A stretch of DNA of 63,192 nt, the filler included, from Globobulimina sp. (lineage: Eukaryota), in NCBI GenBank assembly GCA_003354225.1. It is 43 parts of 43 records of this genome, joined end to end, with 100 filler letters (N's around TTAATTAATTAA, not from the genome) between each part and the next. Parts side by side here need not be neighbours in the genome. Positions count along the whole stretch, not along the records: positions 50,054 to 51,424 come from PIVH01017775.1; positions 51,525 to 52,895 come from PIVH01017776.1; positions 52,996 to 54,366 come from PIVH01017777.1; positions 54,467 to 55,837 come from PIVH01017778.1; positions 55,938 to 57,308 come from PIVH01017779.1; positions 57,409 to 58,779 come from PIVH01017780.1; positions 58,880 to 60,250 come from PIVH01017781.1; positions 60,351 to 61,721 come from PIVH01017782.1; 35 more parts are not named here. The stretch is one strand, 5' to 3'. A program made the translations under genes and the position numbers. This document shows positions 50,054 through 61,821 of the stretch, in pieces. Every line of letters begins with the position of its first letter. The first letter of the stretch is position 1. The notes beneath the pieces are model-generated. The model did not search any database. It saw nothing but the letters and a program-made list of their open reading frames with translations, and was not told where the DNA came from.

Positions 50054-51137
50054 CAACGAAATGTGTAGAATCAGTACAGAACAATTTGACTCACAAATTG
50101 TGGCAGCAAAGTTAGTGATTCATAGTGAATCAACACATACGGCAACAAAATGGAAAGCATGTAAAACCAGTCAAGCATACGGAATCACGCAAAATGATAG
50201 AATTTATATTGAAAATGTAGTTTGTATTCAATTTTTTACAAATCACTCTGAACTATGCAAACAATTTAGGACATCATACAGAAAAATAAAAAATGAAGAC
50301 ACTGAGGAATGTATCAGACAACGTCATATAAACAATTTTTATTGGTTTGGTAGATTCTTAATGTCCGCGGTTGCATTTTGGGGCAAAATTGCTAAAAAAA
50401 AACATAATTTTTTTCATGGATTGCAAAATAAATATGTATTTAATTCATTTTCTGCGGTATTTGAGATACCGACGTCGACCACCGATGATGTTACAACCAC
50501 ACAAAAATTCAATAACAGTGGAACAGGGATTACGTTGCAATTATCTCCGAAATATCAGACTGCAGATTTGCGATATCTTAATGTGTCGAGGTTGAGCAAA
50601 TTTGCTGATGAGAGGGAATATTTAATAGCTGGTGAGAGTATAATGGCGATTGTAAATATTTATACACCTTCCACCAATGCCTGGAGAGGACATGAAAAGT
50701 GTATGAAAGCAATTTTATATTTTGAGAGGATAACCGAACAGGATCGGCATACCAAAACTGATTATAATTACGGAGTTATTGCACATAATAAACAATGTTG
50801 GATTGGAATCCATAAAAATTATTTAGTTCCATTGCTGAAATATCAGATTGAACAACAAAATGATACGAAAAAACAAAATAACAATATTGGATCATATATT
50901 TATGAATTATTTAAACATTTTTGTGATAATAAAGCAAATATAAATTTAAGTTGTATTGATGAAGAAATTGAATATATGGACGAGACATTGATAACGATTT
51001 TGTTTAAAAAAACGGAGGATAGCGGATATAAAATGAGTGAAGGTATTATAATGTCAATATTTCCAAATGTAATACATTATGTGAATCAAGATAATATTCA
51101 GAAAACTATTGTGCCCGCAAAACTAACTTTGTCTTAG
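50054..51137 (+). CDS. ADP-ribosyltransferase-fold family member 3 (uninterrupted in this contig)
   Basis: IQFFTNHSELC..FRTSYRK, FYWFGRFL..AV.FWG, FFHGL, EIPTSTT, GITLQL, LSKFADEREYLIAG, YIYELFKHFC. Confidence 0.75.
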
Positions 51138-51524
51138 CGTTGTGTGATTTTATTTGTTAGAACCAATCGAACAGCAATTCCAACCAAACATGATCGATAT
51201 AAATATAAAATATAAAAAGTTCCAAGAAAGCAGTAAATTTTATTTCTGATCAAAAGAAAATAAATGGTATAACATCAATTACAAAATACATTACGATACA
51301 CAACACAACATATTTGTAACAACAGCACGAGAGAACATGAAAACAACAAAATACAAAAATCAATCCATAATCATAATAATCAAAACATCGATCGCCAGAA
51401 TGCAGTTTCTATTACAAAAAAAAANNNNNNNNNNNNNNNNNNNNNNNNNNNNNNNNNNNNNNNNNNNNTTAATTAATTAANNNNNNNNNNNNNNNNNNNN
51501 NNNNNNNNNNNNNNNNNNNNNNNN

Positions 51525-52836
51525 AGATTTAGCAGAATATAAAGATGTCTGGGCGGCAGAGAATGACTGCAATATTAGTAACTGCGAAGTAACTGCAAAT
51601 TCATTAAATATATATTCGCCGGTCAGCAAATTCATGGATTTGATCAATGGAAAGAACCCGGACTACGCGCAGGCCATTGGTATAATTTATAAATTCGCAA
51701 ACACCAATCATCCAATCCATAGATTGATAATTTATGAGTTGGTACCTTCGACGATTATTATTGACAATAAAATGATGCTGCATTTAGACCCAATCAGTGG
51801 ATCCAGAACAGAATCGACATTAATGGACTTAAACTGGAATGTGCCTTCTCCAAAATGGCAATATAACGACATTGAGATTACGTACATTAAGAAACGTTTA
51901 GAATGGCGACCGACTAATATGTGTTTGTTCAATGTACCATTAAGTATATTGAATAATAACTCGTTACACCGAATATTAAATGAAAAAATAACTGCCGCAG
52001 TAAGTTCGACGTGTATATTATATACAATTATAAATGCGATGGAAAACGATTATGTGGTGACTGAAATTAAATTTATGCCGCTATTATTAGCATTAATTAA
52101 ACCGCACGCGATAAAATTAGAGAGATTGGCAATGGCTCAAATGGAATTAAATAAAGTTAAATCGAATCCAGCCCCAATGGATGAAGATAAAAATGATAAT
52201 TTAGGTGATATGAGTGATGAGTCAGTAAATGAAGATCTATGGTTCGAGGAATTAAAAAACGATATCAATGCAGAATATATAAATATTATTCGATTAATGG
52301 AAAAGCATATTGTATCGCCCGAAGATGTATTAAATAAGAATAGAATTCGAAATCGGAGATGGTGCAGAAACACTTTATATCATATGAGTAATGTGACGGG
52401 CAGCAATTTTGCATTGCCGTGGTGGATAAATGTGGAAAGTTGGGAGAATATGATCCATTTCGTTGCCGCAGAGAATTGCATACAAAATATTCGCAAACCA
52501 TTCAGATCGGACATGTTTTTTGATGACAGAAAGATATTTATTACGCCGCTAACGACCATAGGTATTAATCCGAAATTATTAGTCGGCGATGAATCATTGG
52601 GATTCCCCGCGATTGAATTCAGATTTGGCACCCTCGTAAAATATATGTGCCTATTCAACAGCAATATGTATTATGAAGCTGAACTAGACTGTTACGATGC
52701 ACTTCATAGACCTGAGTTGTATAGGTTAAGTGAGACTATTGCTTGTTATATATGTTTTTACTTTGTAGCATTAATATTTTACTTTCTACTATGTTTAGTT
52801 ATACAAGCTATAGGTTCTAATTATTACTGGTGGTAG
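51525..52836 (+). CDS. Hypothetical protein, internal fragment
   Basis: Open frame of more than 400 aa; no motif recognised. Confidence 0.55.
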
Positions 52837-52995
52837 AATGAAGAGCATATATAGATTAACATTAAAACGTGAATTTGTACCAGCACATGAGGAAGNNNNN
52901 NNNNNNNNNNNNNNNNNNNNNNNNNNNNNNNNNNNNNNNTTAATTAATTAANNNNNNNNNNNNNNNNNNNNNNNNNNNNNNNNNNNNNNNNNNNN

Positions 52996-53462
52996 ACTTT
53001 TGTAAAAAGTGAAAATTTGACAATTTCTAACTTTGCCAAATCGAAGAATTGAAGTCTTTCCTTTTAGAATCTGTCTGAGAAGATATATATATATATTATC
53101 CCCTTGAGAAGATATACGAAGTGTTTATAGATAATATCATTTTTAATTATTTAATTATATATAACCCCACCCTTTGTATACCGAAAATTCAATTATAAAT
53201 TTGTTCTGGATTTGCAAACCCAAGACAAAGTTATAACAAACACAGAACAAACCCAAGAAAAACCTATAGAAAACAGTTTCTGGATTTGCAAAGCGTTTCT
53301 CATATAGGGTTGACCACACTAACTCTTTCGTCATTTTGCTTGCCTTTTGCTCTGTTGTATTGTGTGTGTGTAGTATAAATCAGACAGATTCTAAAAGGAA
53401 AGACTTCAATTCTTCGATTTGGCAAAGTTAGAAATTGTCAAATTTTCACTTTTTACAAAAGT
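52996..53462. repeat. Perfect 83-bp inverted repeat (52996-53078 versus 53380-53462)
   Basis: Exact reverse complement by inspection. The left arm starts at the contig edge and the right arm lies inside the MITE. Confidence 0.9.
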
Positions 53463-53564
53463 TGATCACAAGTTTATATTTTGTTTGTTATGCGAATAGA
53501 ATATATTTCTATGTTTTGAATAATATAGACAGATATCCACGTATCATTAGTGTGGTCAACCCTA
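53305..53564. mobile_element. MITE, 260 bp, with perfect 18-bp TIRs and 9-bp target-site duplication (Mutator-type geometry)
   Basis: TAGGGTTGACCACACTAA (53305-53322) and TTAGTGTGGTCAACCCTA (53547-53564); TTTCTCATA at 53296-53304 and 53565-53573. Confidence 0.85.
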
Positions 53565-54094
53565 TTTCTCATAATTGAATTAAATGTATACAACTTATCG
53601 ACCAGGGGGGGGTTATCTTTTGGAATATATCGTTTAAGTATCCGAAAAATTATCGAAGTATGTTTCCGACCTTTAGTCTACTACGATAGATTTTCATGTT
53701 TTAGCCAATAACTATAATTTGGTATTTAAGAGTTTAACTAAAAGATACACATACTGTCCAAATTTAAAATTTTTTGGTGAAAATATTCCTAAATATCGTG
53801 TCATGAGGTATCACGTGCAACGAGCGTGGATTGATTAAAAGTACTCGTTTCCCACCTCCCTAGTCATGTATATGCAATTTCTAATTTTAACTTTCTAGTC
53901 ATGTATGATGGCCGTGCTGAAGGCCACCTTATAACGTTTTTAACTTTCTTAATGTATAATTATTGCGGGAAAATGGTTAAATATTGGTTAATAACACGAG
54001 GTAATTATCACCACAGAATTCCTTTATTCTCTATTCCAATTTTAATCCGTTTCAATGGTGGTGTTGTATCACCACATCCATACATGATGATTTG

Positions 54095-54161
54095 CTGTCG
54101 CCACAGGATTCGAACTTGTATCTTCTGGATTAATCCAGTGCTCTGCTTGAGCTATGCGACC
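54095..54161 (-). pseudogene. tRNA-derived element or tRNA pseudogene with a 4-nt anticodon loop
   Basis: GGTCGCA TAGCTC AAGCA GAGC A CTGGA TTAA TCCAG AAGAT ACAAG TTCGAAT CCTGT GGCGAC: acceptor, D, anticodon and T stems all pair; A-box-like and B-box (GTTCGAATCC) motifs present. Confidence 0.7.
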
Positions 54162-54613
54162 ATTTCTGTTGCTATCCTATACTAATACTATCAACGCTGC
54201 TGGCAAGCAATCCTCTTAGACATAAGTAGACTTTAAAAGTAAAAGTTTTTCGGGAAGGAAAATAGGTTAATAATAAAATGTTAAAGGTAACATTTAACTT
54301 TTTGCTTTTCAGTTTGAAATTACTGTTTTTACTGTAAACTCTTTGAATTTACAGTTTTTTACAGATNNNNNNNNNNNNNNNNNNNNNNNNNNNNNNNNNN
54401 NNNNNNNNNNTTAATTAATTAANNNNNNNNNNNNNNNNNNNNNNNNNNNNNNNNNNNNNNNNNNNNGCAAACTTAAGTTTATGAAAAACTGTGGCATAAA
54501 TGCTATACGTTTTGTTTTGGGCACAGTTTTTACGCCACAGAAAATAAACTACAGCACTAAAATCTCTAGCCCTAGGCATACAGTTCATTTATCAAAAACC
54601 CAAAGCGTATTAA

Positions 54614-55837
54614 ATGTCTGCACAAGGACTAGTCAGAATTTGCGCAGTTTCAGTTATTCTTAGTATAGGATACAGTATTAATTTCGTACCCATTTTACAA
54701 GCACTGCTCGATGGGAGCCTCCAACCTGAAACCTGGGTCATCGCCTACGTAGCCTCATCGGTTTGGTTATTTTTTTCATGCGTCATCATGATAATCATTA
54801 CCTTGGGCGGTTTTAAAATAAAAATATTTGCCATCCACAATTACGTATATTTATTTTTCGTCGCTGGCGTGTGCGGCTATATAATGTCATTAGTCTTTGG
54901 CTTAGCATTTGAAAGCGAGAATAAATACATTTGCTGGCAATTCGAGATATTGTACGCGTTGCTCCCATTATATTTGGCCTGTCTTATATTTTTTTTTAAT
55001 GATCAAAGATTCACGCAACTAATCAATTTAATTTTGTTCTCCTTCATGTTATTTGTGACTCCCTTTATACGCTTATTAGTAATCATGTTATTCAACGAAT
55101 TCCCATTACCCGTCCCATTAATCGCAGCCTGTCTCTCCATTTGCGTTGCGACCTCTGTCTTAATCTCAATGCACATTACTTGTTTAATGTTGCATTATAC
55201 GTCGGGCTTATTATTAAAATCGAGCATCGTCGCATTGTTCACGTACAGTATGATAACAATGGTGCGCAACGAGATCGATTTTGAGCAATATCAGGCAACG
55301 TATCGAATTTATTATTATTACGCGTCATTAACTGCATTATTCGTCATGTATTGCTGCGAGCTGTTTATCAAAGGCGCCAAGAAAGTGGTTCAAGTCGACA
55401 TAAATCCGTTATATTCCTCGCCTTCCTTCGACATTCAGCTTGAAATGGACACCGAGGAAAACAAACCAGAATATCAGAGCATATACGATTTGGTGACCGG
55501 CAAAACGACTTCGTCCATCTCCTCGCCGAAGAGAGACGTAAGTGCAAGTTACACAAATCCAAACCCAAACGAAACGATCGATTCTGTGATCCAAATCTTT
55601 CCAGACTTCAAACCGCGCAAAAAAAACAGAAAGAAATACTTCCGCCAATTCGAGCTCAGAGACAAGAAATATATAAATATCGACCGAGTGACGGACTCTA
55701 TTGCGGCCATTGTACCATTTTACAATGAAACGGCCAGTCAGATCCATGCCACTCTGCGCTCCTTATATTATAACTTCGAGTATATCAAAAAAACAGAATC
55801 AAAGTACAGATTCACGCATTTTAATGTGTTGTTAGTG
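54614..55837 (+). CDS. Multi-TM protein followed by the start of a GT2 (chitin-synthase-like) glycosyltransferase domain
   Basis: Seven or more hydrophobic helices, then IAAIVPFYNE....I..TLRSL...FNVLLV at the contig end. Confidence 0.6.
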
Positions 55838-56372
55838 NNNNNNNNNNNNNNNNNNNNNNNNNNNNNNNNNNNNNNNNNNNNTTAATTAATTAANNNNNNN
55901 NNNNNNNNNNNNNNNNNNNNNNNNNNNNNNNNNNNNNGTGGATTTAAATAAAAATAAATATACAAAAAAATTAAATTAAATATTCGTAAAATATGAATGT
56001 GATTAACACAATTTGTATTAAAGAAAATAAAAATTGAATGTAAATAACAACTAATTCCAATATTTAATTCTGTGGCATCATTCCAATATTTTTTAGGTAA
56101 CAATATGATCAGTCATTCTTTGAGGAATAGTGGATTTCATATAAAAATGGAAAAAGGTTTTGACCTTCAAAAAGAAAGGTTTTGACCATTCACTTTAATA
56201 GCAGCTGTAATATTAGATTATGCACAGAACAGAAGTATAAATAGGAATAATTATATAAACTCCGCATTAATTACACAAAAAAAATCCACTAAATCCCACA
56301 TTTCAAATTCAAGAAAAAATCCACTAAATCCATTAAATCACACAGTTAAGAATAATAAACAAATAATTAGCA

Positions 56373-56597
56373 ATGAAAAAAAGCATAACATTAATTATTT
56401 TGTTGTTTATTGGTGTTGCAATGAGCTTGGACCAGTCAATGACAGCACGAAGATTAATCACTTCCAAAGCGTTAGCCAACCGTTACGCGAGCAGTATTTA
56501 TTTTGCGTTAGCCAACCGTATTAATTTTGCAAATAGTGGTAATGTATGGTCATTATTGAACATGGTGGGACCTCGGCATTACGAACATTACGAATGA
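56373..56597 (+). CDS. Small secreted peptide
   Basis: Signal peptide MKKSITLIILLFIGVAMS; ALANR repeated twice. Confidence 0.45.
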   Translation: MKKSITLIILLFIGVAMSLDQSMTARRLITSKALANRYASSIYFALANRINFANSGNVWSLLNMVGPRHYEHYE

Positions 56598-56739
56598 ACA
56601 AAGATTTTAATTTGCGTGTTTAAATAGTAGTAAATACATTAATTATTATAACATTGTTTTATGATGCCATTTTTTAATAATATTTAAATTAAAATGTTAA
56701 GTTTACCAACAACCAAAAACATATGTAACATCTCACCAG

Positions 56740-56935
56740 TTAGGCCTTGCAAAACAACCTCCTTTCTTCACCAATCAGAACACCACTTTCAATGCCTTTT
56801 TTCAATGTTCTTCGTAATGCCACATTGAAGTGGGCACCGGCGGTCTTTCCAAAATTATTAACAATGTGATTTGCGATGGCTACTCTCGAGGCACCGCCAT
56901 TATATTGCTTGATGGCACCTATTGCTTTGCAAATC
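56740..56935 (-). CDS. Linker histone H1 globular-domain fragment
   Basis: AIGAIK...GGASRVAIANHI..NF........ALRRTLKKGIESGVLI; no Lys-rich tail. Confidence 0.7.
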
Positions 56936-58902
56936 AATGGGCTCAGCAAGAAACAGATAATATATTCGAATTATTTACACACACTGATAATTATTTACAC
57001 ACATTGTGTGTCGCAATTAATTATTTCATCGAAAGGTAAAATATTGAATAGATTTAATGAGAAACAAAAAGAATCGTTGTTATGGCACACAAAAGCAATA
57101 TTTGAATGTATGGATATTGATTCTTCTCAAGAAATATCCACACCAAAACCGACATTGACCAATATAAATACGATAAACAATATACAAATATACAAAGCTT
57201 TAGAAATTATTGTATTGCATTTACATAAAAGTTTAGGCATTCCAATGACTAGAAAAAATAAAATAAAAAATTCTCTCTATCAATTAAATTTACCTCAAAA
57301 TATTATGGNNNNNNNNNNNNNNNNNNNNNNNNNNNNNNNNNNNNNNNNNNNNTTAATTAATTAANNNNNNNNNNNNNNNNNNNNNNNNNNNNNNNNNNNN
57401 NNNNNNNNCATATAATCATGTTCTATGATGTTATGTGATGAAAAATCACCATTTTCATATACATTTGACCATCATTTCCATCACCAAAATGTGAATAAAA
57501 ATAATTTTTATAATTTTGAAAGCTCAATTAACATCTCTCAACATTGTTATATGTCATTGATTTATGTAGCATTGTAAAGGGTCACGTTAATAAGTCGCAA
57601 TGTGTGTTTTTTTTTTTTTTTTGAACTTGGGACTAAAACTTTATAAGCTAGCAATTAAATAAAAGAGAAGAGATCACAAACACAAAATTTCAAATGTATC
57701 AGATTGTCACAAACACAGTATTTCAGTGTGGCACAAAATCAATGTTTGTAAGGCTTTTGATGTTAAAAGATTCTTGCAATTCATCGTTAGATTATACCAT
57801 TTAATTTGTAGTGTATCATAATACAAAGAATGTTGTTTGAAATATTCTATCTTAATATTCAATTTTGAATTCAATTTTGATATTTCATTTTCAATGAAAG
57901 CAATATACTAAATATTGTCTCCATGAACTAACATCTAGATTGAATGTATAATTATATAAATGAGTAATCATATAAATAAATATAACAATTTTAATGAGTA
58001 ATCATATAGATATTATTATTAATATTTTGATTTCTCACCAAATTTAATTTGAATAAAATTATTTTGATCATTTACTGACTCATTCAATTTCCTAATTGTT
58101 GCAAATATTACATACAAATAACGGTATTGATGTAACGATTTTATTCATATTATATTCTAAAAATATGGCCAATATTTTTTGAGAGAAATTTGCTAATATA
58201 TTAATATGATTATTTTCATTTATTGGGTTGGTGCTCGACAGCGTTAATAAATGCCAGTTGTTGGGATGGTGCCCGTCGTGTAATAACTGCCAGTCTTTGG
58301 GATGGTGCCGCTCGTTAATATTGTTTCCAGTCATTTGGTTGGTGCCTTTTATCGATAATAAATACCAGTTATTGGGTTGGCGCCCTTCATTATATATATT
58401 ACTTCCACAGAGATTAAATTCATTTATTGATGATTTTAATGAATCATCATTATTTTTGTGGACATTACTCTCAACTTTATAAATTATTTTACTCTCTTTG
58501 TTTTGTTTAATTATTCCGCTCGAGAGAGCAGCTAATAAAATTATTAATATTTGCATATTAATATTATATATTGGTGTACCACGGTGTTCGGTACTATCAC
58601 TATTATATTAGCGATTCTTAATTTTCTACAAATCAGTATGGCGAAGCCATGCTGTGAGAGTTAGTTAGTCCGATGTACCGCAGCCATATTGGCGGTATTT
58701 TGTAGTTTGTGTACTAATTATTATAATCAAGTAATTCTATTCCTTCTTGGAGCATGCCAAGCACTCATGACGACAAAAANNNNNNNNNNNNNNNNNNNNN
58801 NNNNNNNNNNNNNNNNNNNNNNNTTAATTAATTAANNNNNNNNNNNNNNNNNNNNNNNNNNNNNNNNNNNNNNNNNNNNCAGAAGATAAGAAAGAGCAGA
58901 AA

Positions 58903-59499
58903 ATGGCAGCAAACAAAAAGAAAGTGGTCAAAACGCCGCGTCCCGACGACATTTACAGTCAATGTATGCAGCAATTACAGAAAGTGATTGCGCAGAGCGA
59001 GCAGGACAGGGAAGAGTTGGAGGACCGCGTCAAAGCGCAAATGGGTATTTTGAAGTTTATGCAAACGTCAATGTACAACAAAATGAACGAATTGAGCGCG
59101 TTGCGAGTACGCAAATGGCTGTTAAAGAATAAGTCGTGTAATGAATATCAGATTGTTAAGAAAAAGTTGAATGATCGGATCAAGGGATTGGAGGTGCATT
59201 TGAATGGGAATCGGTTGCTTATTGGGAATATAAAACAGAATATGATGGAACAGGAAAATATACGGATAAAGAAATTAAAAATCCAAAGTCAGTTAAAAAG
59301 TGTGACCATCGGTACACAGGACATTCAGCAGACGAATGAGTTGAAAAAGTTGAAGCAACAAACTAAGAAATTAGCACAACTGATTGTGAAATTAAGACAG
59401 GAGATTCCGAAAAGAAATCAAGAGGTTAAGAAATATAAAAATAGAGTGGATTTATTACAATCGCAATATAGACAGTATTCGCAACAACCTTTGCCATGA
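58903..59499 (+). CDS. Coiled-coil protein, C-terminal fragment
   Basis: Heptad-rich open frame. Confidence 0.55.
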   Translation: MAANKKKVVKTPRPDDIYSQCMQQLQKVIAQSEQDREELEDRVKAQMGILKFMQTSMYNKMNELSALRVRKWLLKNKSCNEYQIVKKKLNDRIKGLEVHLNGNRLLIGNIKQNMMEQENIRIKKLKIQSQLKSVTIGTQDIQQTNELKKLKQQTKKLAQLIVKLRQEIPKRNQEVKKYKNRVDLLQSQYRQYSQQPLP

Positions 59500-59589
59500 T
59501 TTTTGTTATATAATTAGTTAATTTGTTAGATTTAACGGTTGCTTTTCTTGTTGTGAACATGTTCGCAATTGTTTTTTGAGGTAAAATGG

Positions 59590-60250
59590 TTACTGTGATT
59601 GAACAATCTCACTCTCATATATCATATCAAACTTTAAATATGAAATTATAACTGTTGAGAATTGATGAAATATCGATTGGGATATGATCTTAAATCTTTC
59701 TGATTGATTGAATATGTCGCAATATACAAATTGTAAATGTTGAAAGAAATCATACTCACAATCCATGATCCTTATTTTACGATGTTTATTTAATAATATT
59801 TCTTTCCAAATATTAGCTTCGCTTTCTGGATTTGTAAACGAATAAGGAATTATATGTAACAGATAATATACATTGGGCATATACTCAACAATAAATATTG
59901 TGATCATAACAAATTCCATAATACAATATATTGAAATCGAGATAACAATGACAGATTGATAAGATTTGTAGAAAACGCATTGAATGTATGGCAAAATAAT
60001 CAAATACGCAGTAACCCATAAAACAATCATTGATAAATTGTGCCATCGTTTGAAAAATTCAGCTTTTAAATTAGAATCGTTTGCAATGCAAAATGCATAT
60101 TCTCGCCAAAGTATATATATTATAATTGAATAGAGAGAATGCGATAACTTTGTCGTAAATCCATCTAAATTTTGTCTTAATTCACTCAAAGTGCACTCAT
60201 TATTGGCCAGTAGAAATGAGTATAATTTGTGATGAGAGTGTAATGTTACT
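59590..60250 (-). CDS. Hypothetical membrane protein, C-terminal fragment
   Basis: Three hydrophobic segments. Confidence 0.5.
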
Positions 60251-60350
60251 NNNNNNNNNNNNNNNNNNNNNNNNNNNNNNNNNNNNNNNNNNNNTTAATT
60301 AATTAANNNNNNNNNNNNNNNNNNNNNNNNNNNNNNNNNNNNNNNNNNNN

Positions 60351-60950
60351 TGGCATATTGAGTGTATTGAAAACAATCTCGCATCAAATTAGATAAAAGT
60401 CCGTCTGCGTAAAACAATGAATACGTTTAATTGATGGAATAGAATAGAAATAGATACTTATTCATAGTTCCATACCTTGTAATGCATCAACTTGATGATA
60501 TTCGTGTTCATGATAATAATTTGCTTCTTTGGTGTAATTTGCGGACTTAAGCGTATGATGTTTAATTAAATTATTAAATAACTGAGCAAAAAAATGATGC
60601 CCAGTACCTTCAATGCCAACTACATAAACAAATATTAAATTCTTTTCTGATTGTTGTAATAATGTGTAATTCTTTCGAATGTAATGAGAAAATATACTCG
60701 AAAAATTCATTGCTTCATGTTGTGATATTATGTGTATATTTGGTATTGTTTGTGAGATTTGGTATGGTGTTTTGCTCATATAATCTATGGTGAGTAATAA
60801 AATTAATGTGATAATAAACCAAATCACTAAAAATTCTTTTGGCACGCATGGCTTCCATGAGTTCCATCCACATTTCGCCTCTTGTTTACCATTTGATTTG
60901 GATGCTTTTGATACTTGATTGTTGCAACAAAAGAGATACCAAGTTTCCAT
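60351..60950 (-). CDS. Type II membrane protein, sulfotransferase-like, N-terminal part
   Basis: One TM, then VYVVGIEGTGHHFF (PAPS-binding-loop-like); probable intron GTATGG...TTTTACGCAG near 60405-60475. Confidence 0.5.
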
Positions 60951-61171
60951 TGTTCTCGTTGTAACTCAACTTACTCAACTTGAGTGAACTTGAAAAAGCG
61001 TGTTCGTACCTATTTATAGCTAGTGTTTCTTGTGGATCTGCAGACGAATAAATATCCAAAAGTATATGCAAAAACAGTGGATTGTTCGAAAAACAAATAT
61101 AATACGACAGCAACAAAAAAGATAACATAAATATACAAGTAAAAACACACAAACACACAAAAACACACTGG

Positions 61172-61721
61172 TTAAACAGTGAGATACTTCTCAATATCTA
61201 AATCTTTCTGGTCAACGTATTCTTGAACATCTTCTTGAATTTGTCCAAGATCATAACTCATGATACAATATAATTCACCAAATAAATCTTGAATAGAGGT
61301 AGATTTCATCACACTGTTAAAATGAGCAATTGGTGTACAAAGTGCTAAATCTTGCTCGTTTTCTTCATCCCAAAATATGTCACTTAATATTTTCCAATAG
61401 CTTTGTGTACAATATGTAACACTGTGAATTAACGCTTTTTTAGTTAATCCAGTCAATATCGGTAATGCTAAATCATTTTGGATATTAATATCAATATCAG
61501 ATTCATTCAAGTTCTCCTTTAAATTCCTTAAATTTAAAATAATTTTTGTTGCACCAACCACAGATAATGCAATCTTTGATTTACTCACTGTATTTGTCGT
61601 ATATTTTCTCTCTTTGAAAATATTATCAATGTTTACAATTTTATTAAATATATTGCTCATATCACGTATTTCAATATCCATATCCTGCTCCATTTCATAT
61701 TTTTGTCCGGTGGCAATCAAT
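61172..61721 (-). CDS. Hypothetical protein fragment
   Basis: Open frame of 182 aa, probably spliced onward into 60886-61110. Confidence 0.45.
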
Positions 61722-61821
61722 NNNNNNNNNNNNNNNNNNNNNNNNNNNNNNNNNNNNNNNNNNNNTTAATTAATTAANNNNNNNNNNNNNNNNNNNNNNN
61801 NNNNNNNNNNNNNNNNNNNNN

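Noticed and set aside
1374-61821. Regularly spaced TTAATTAATTAA repeats resembling an array or conserved site
   Set aside because: Always embedded in exactly 44+44 Ns between contigs sorted by length; an artificial linker.
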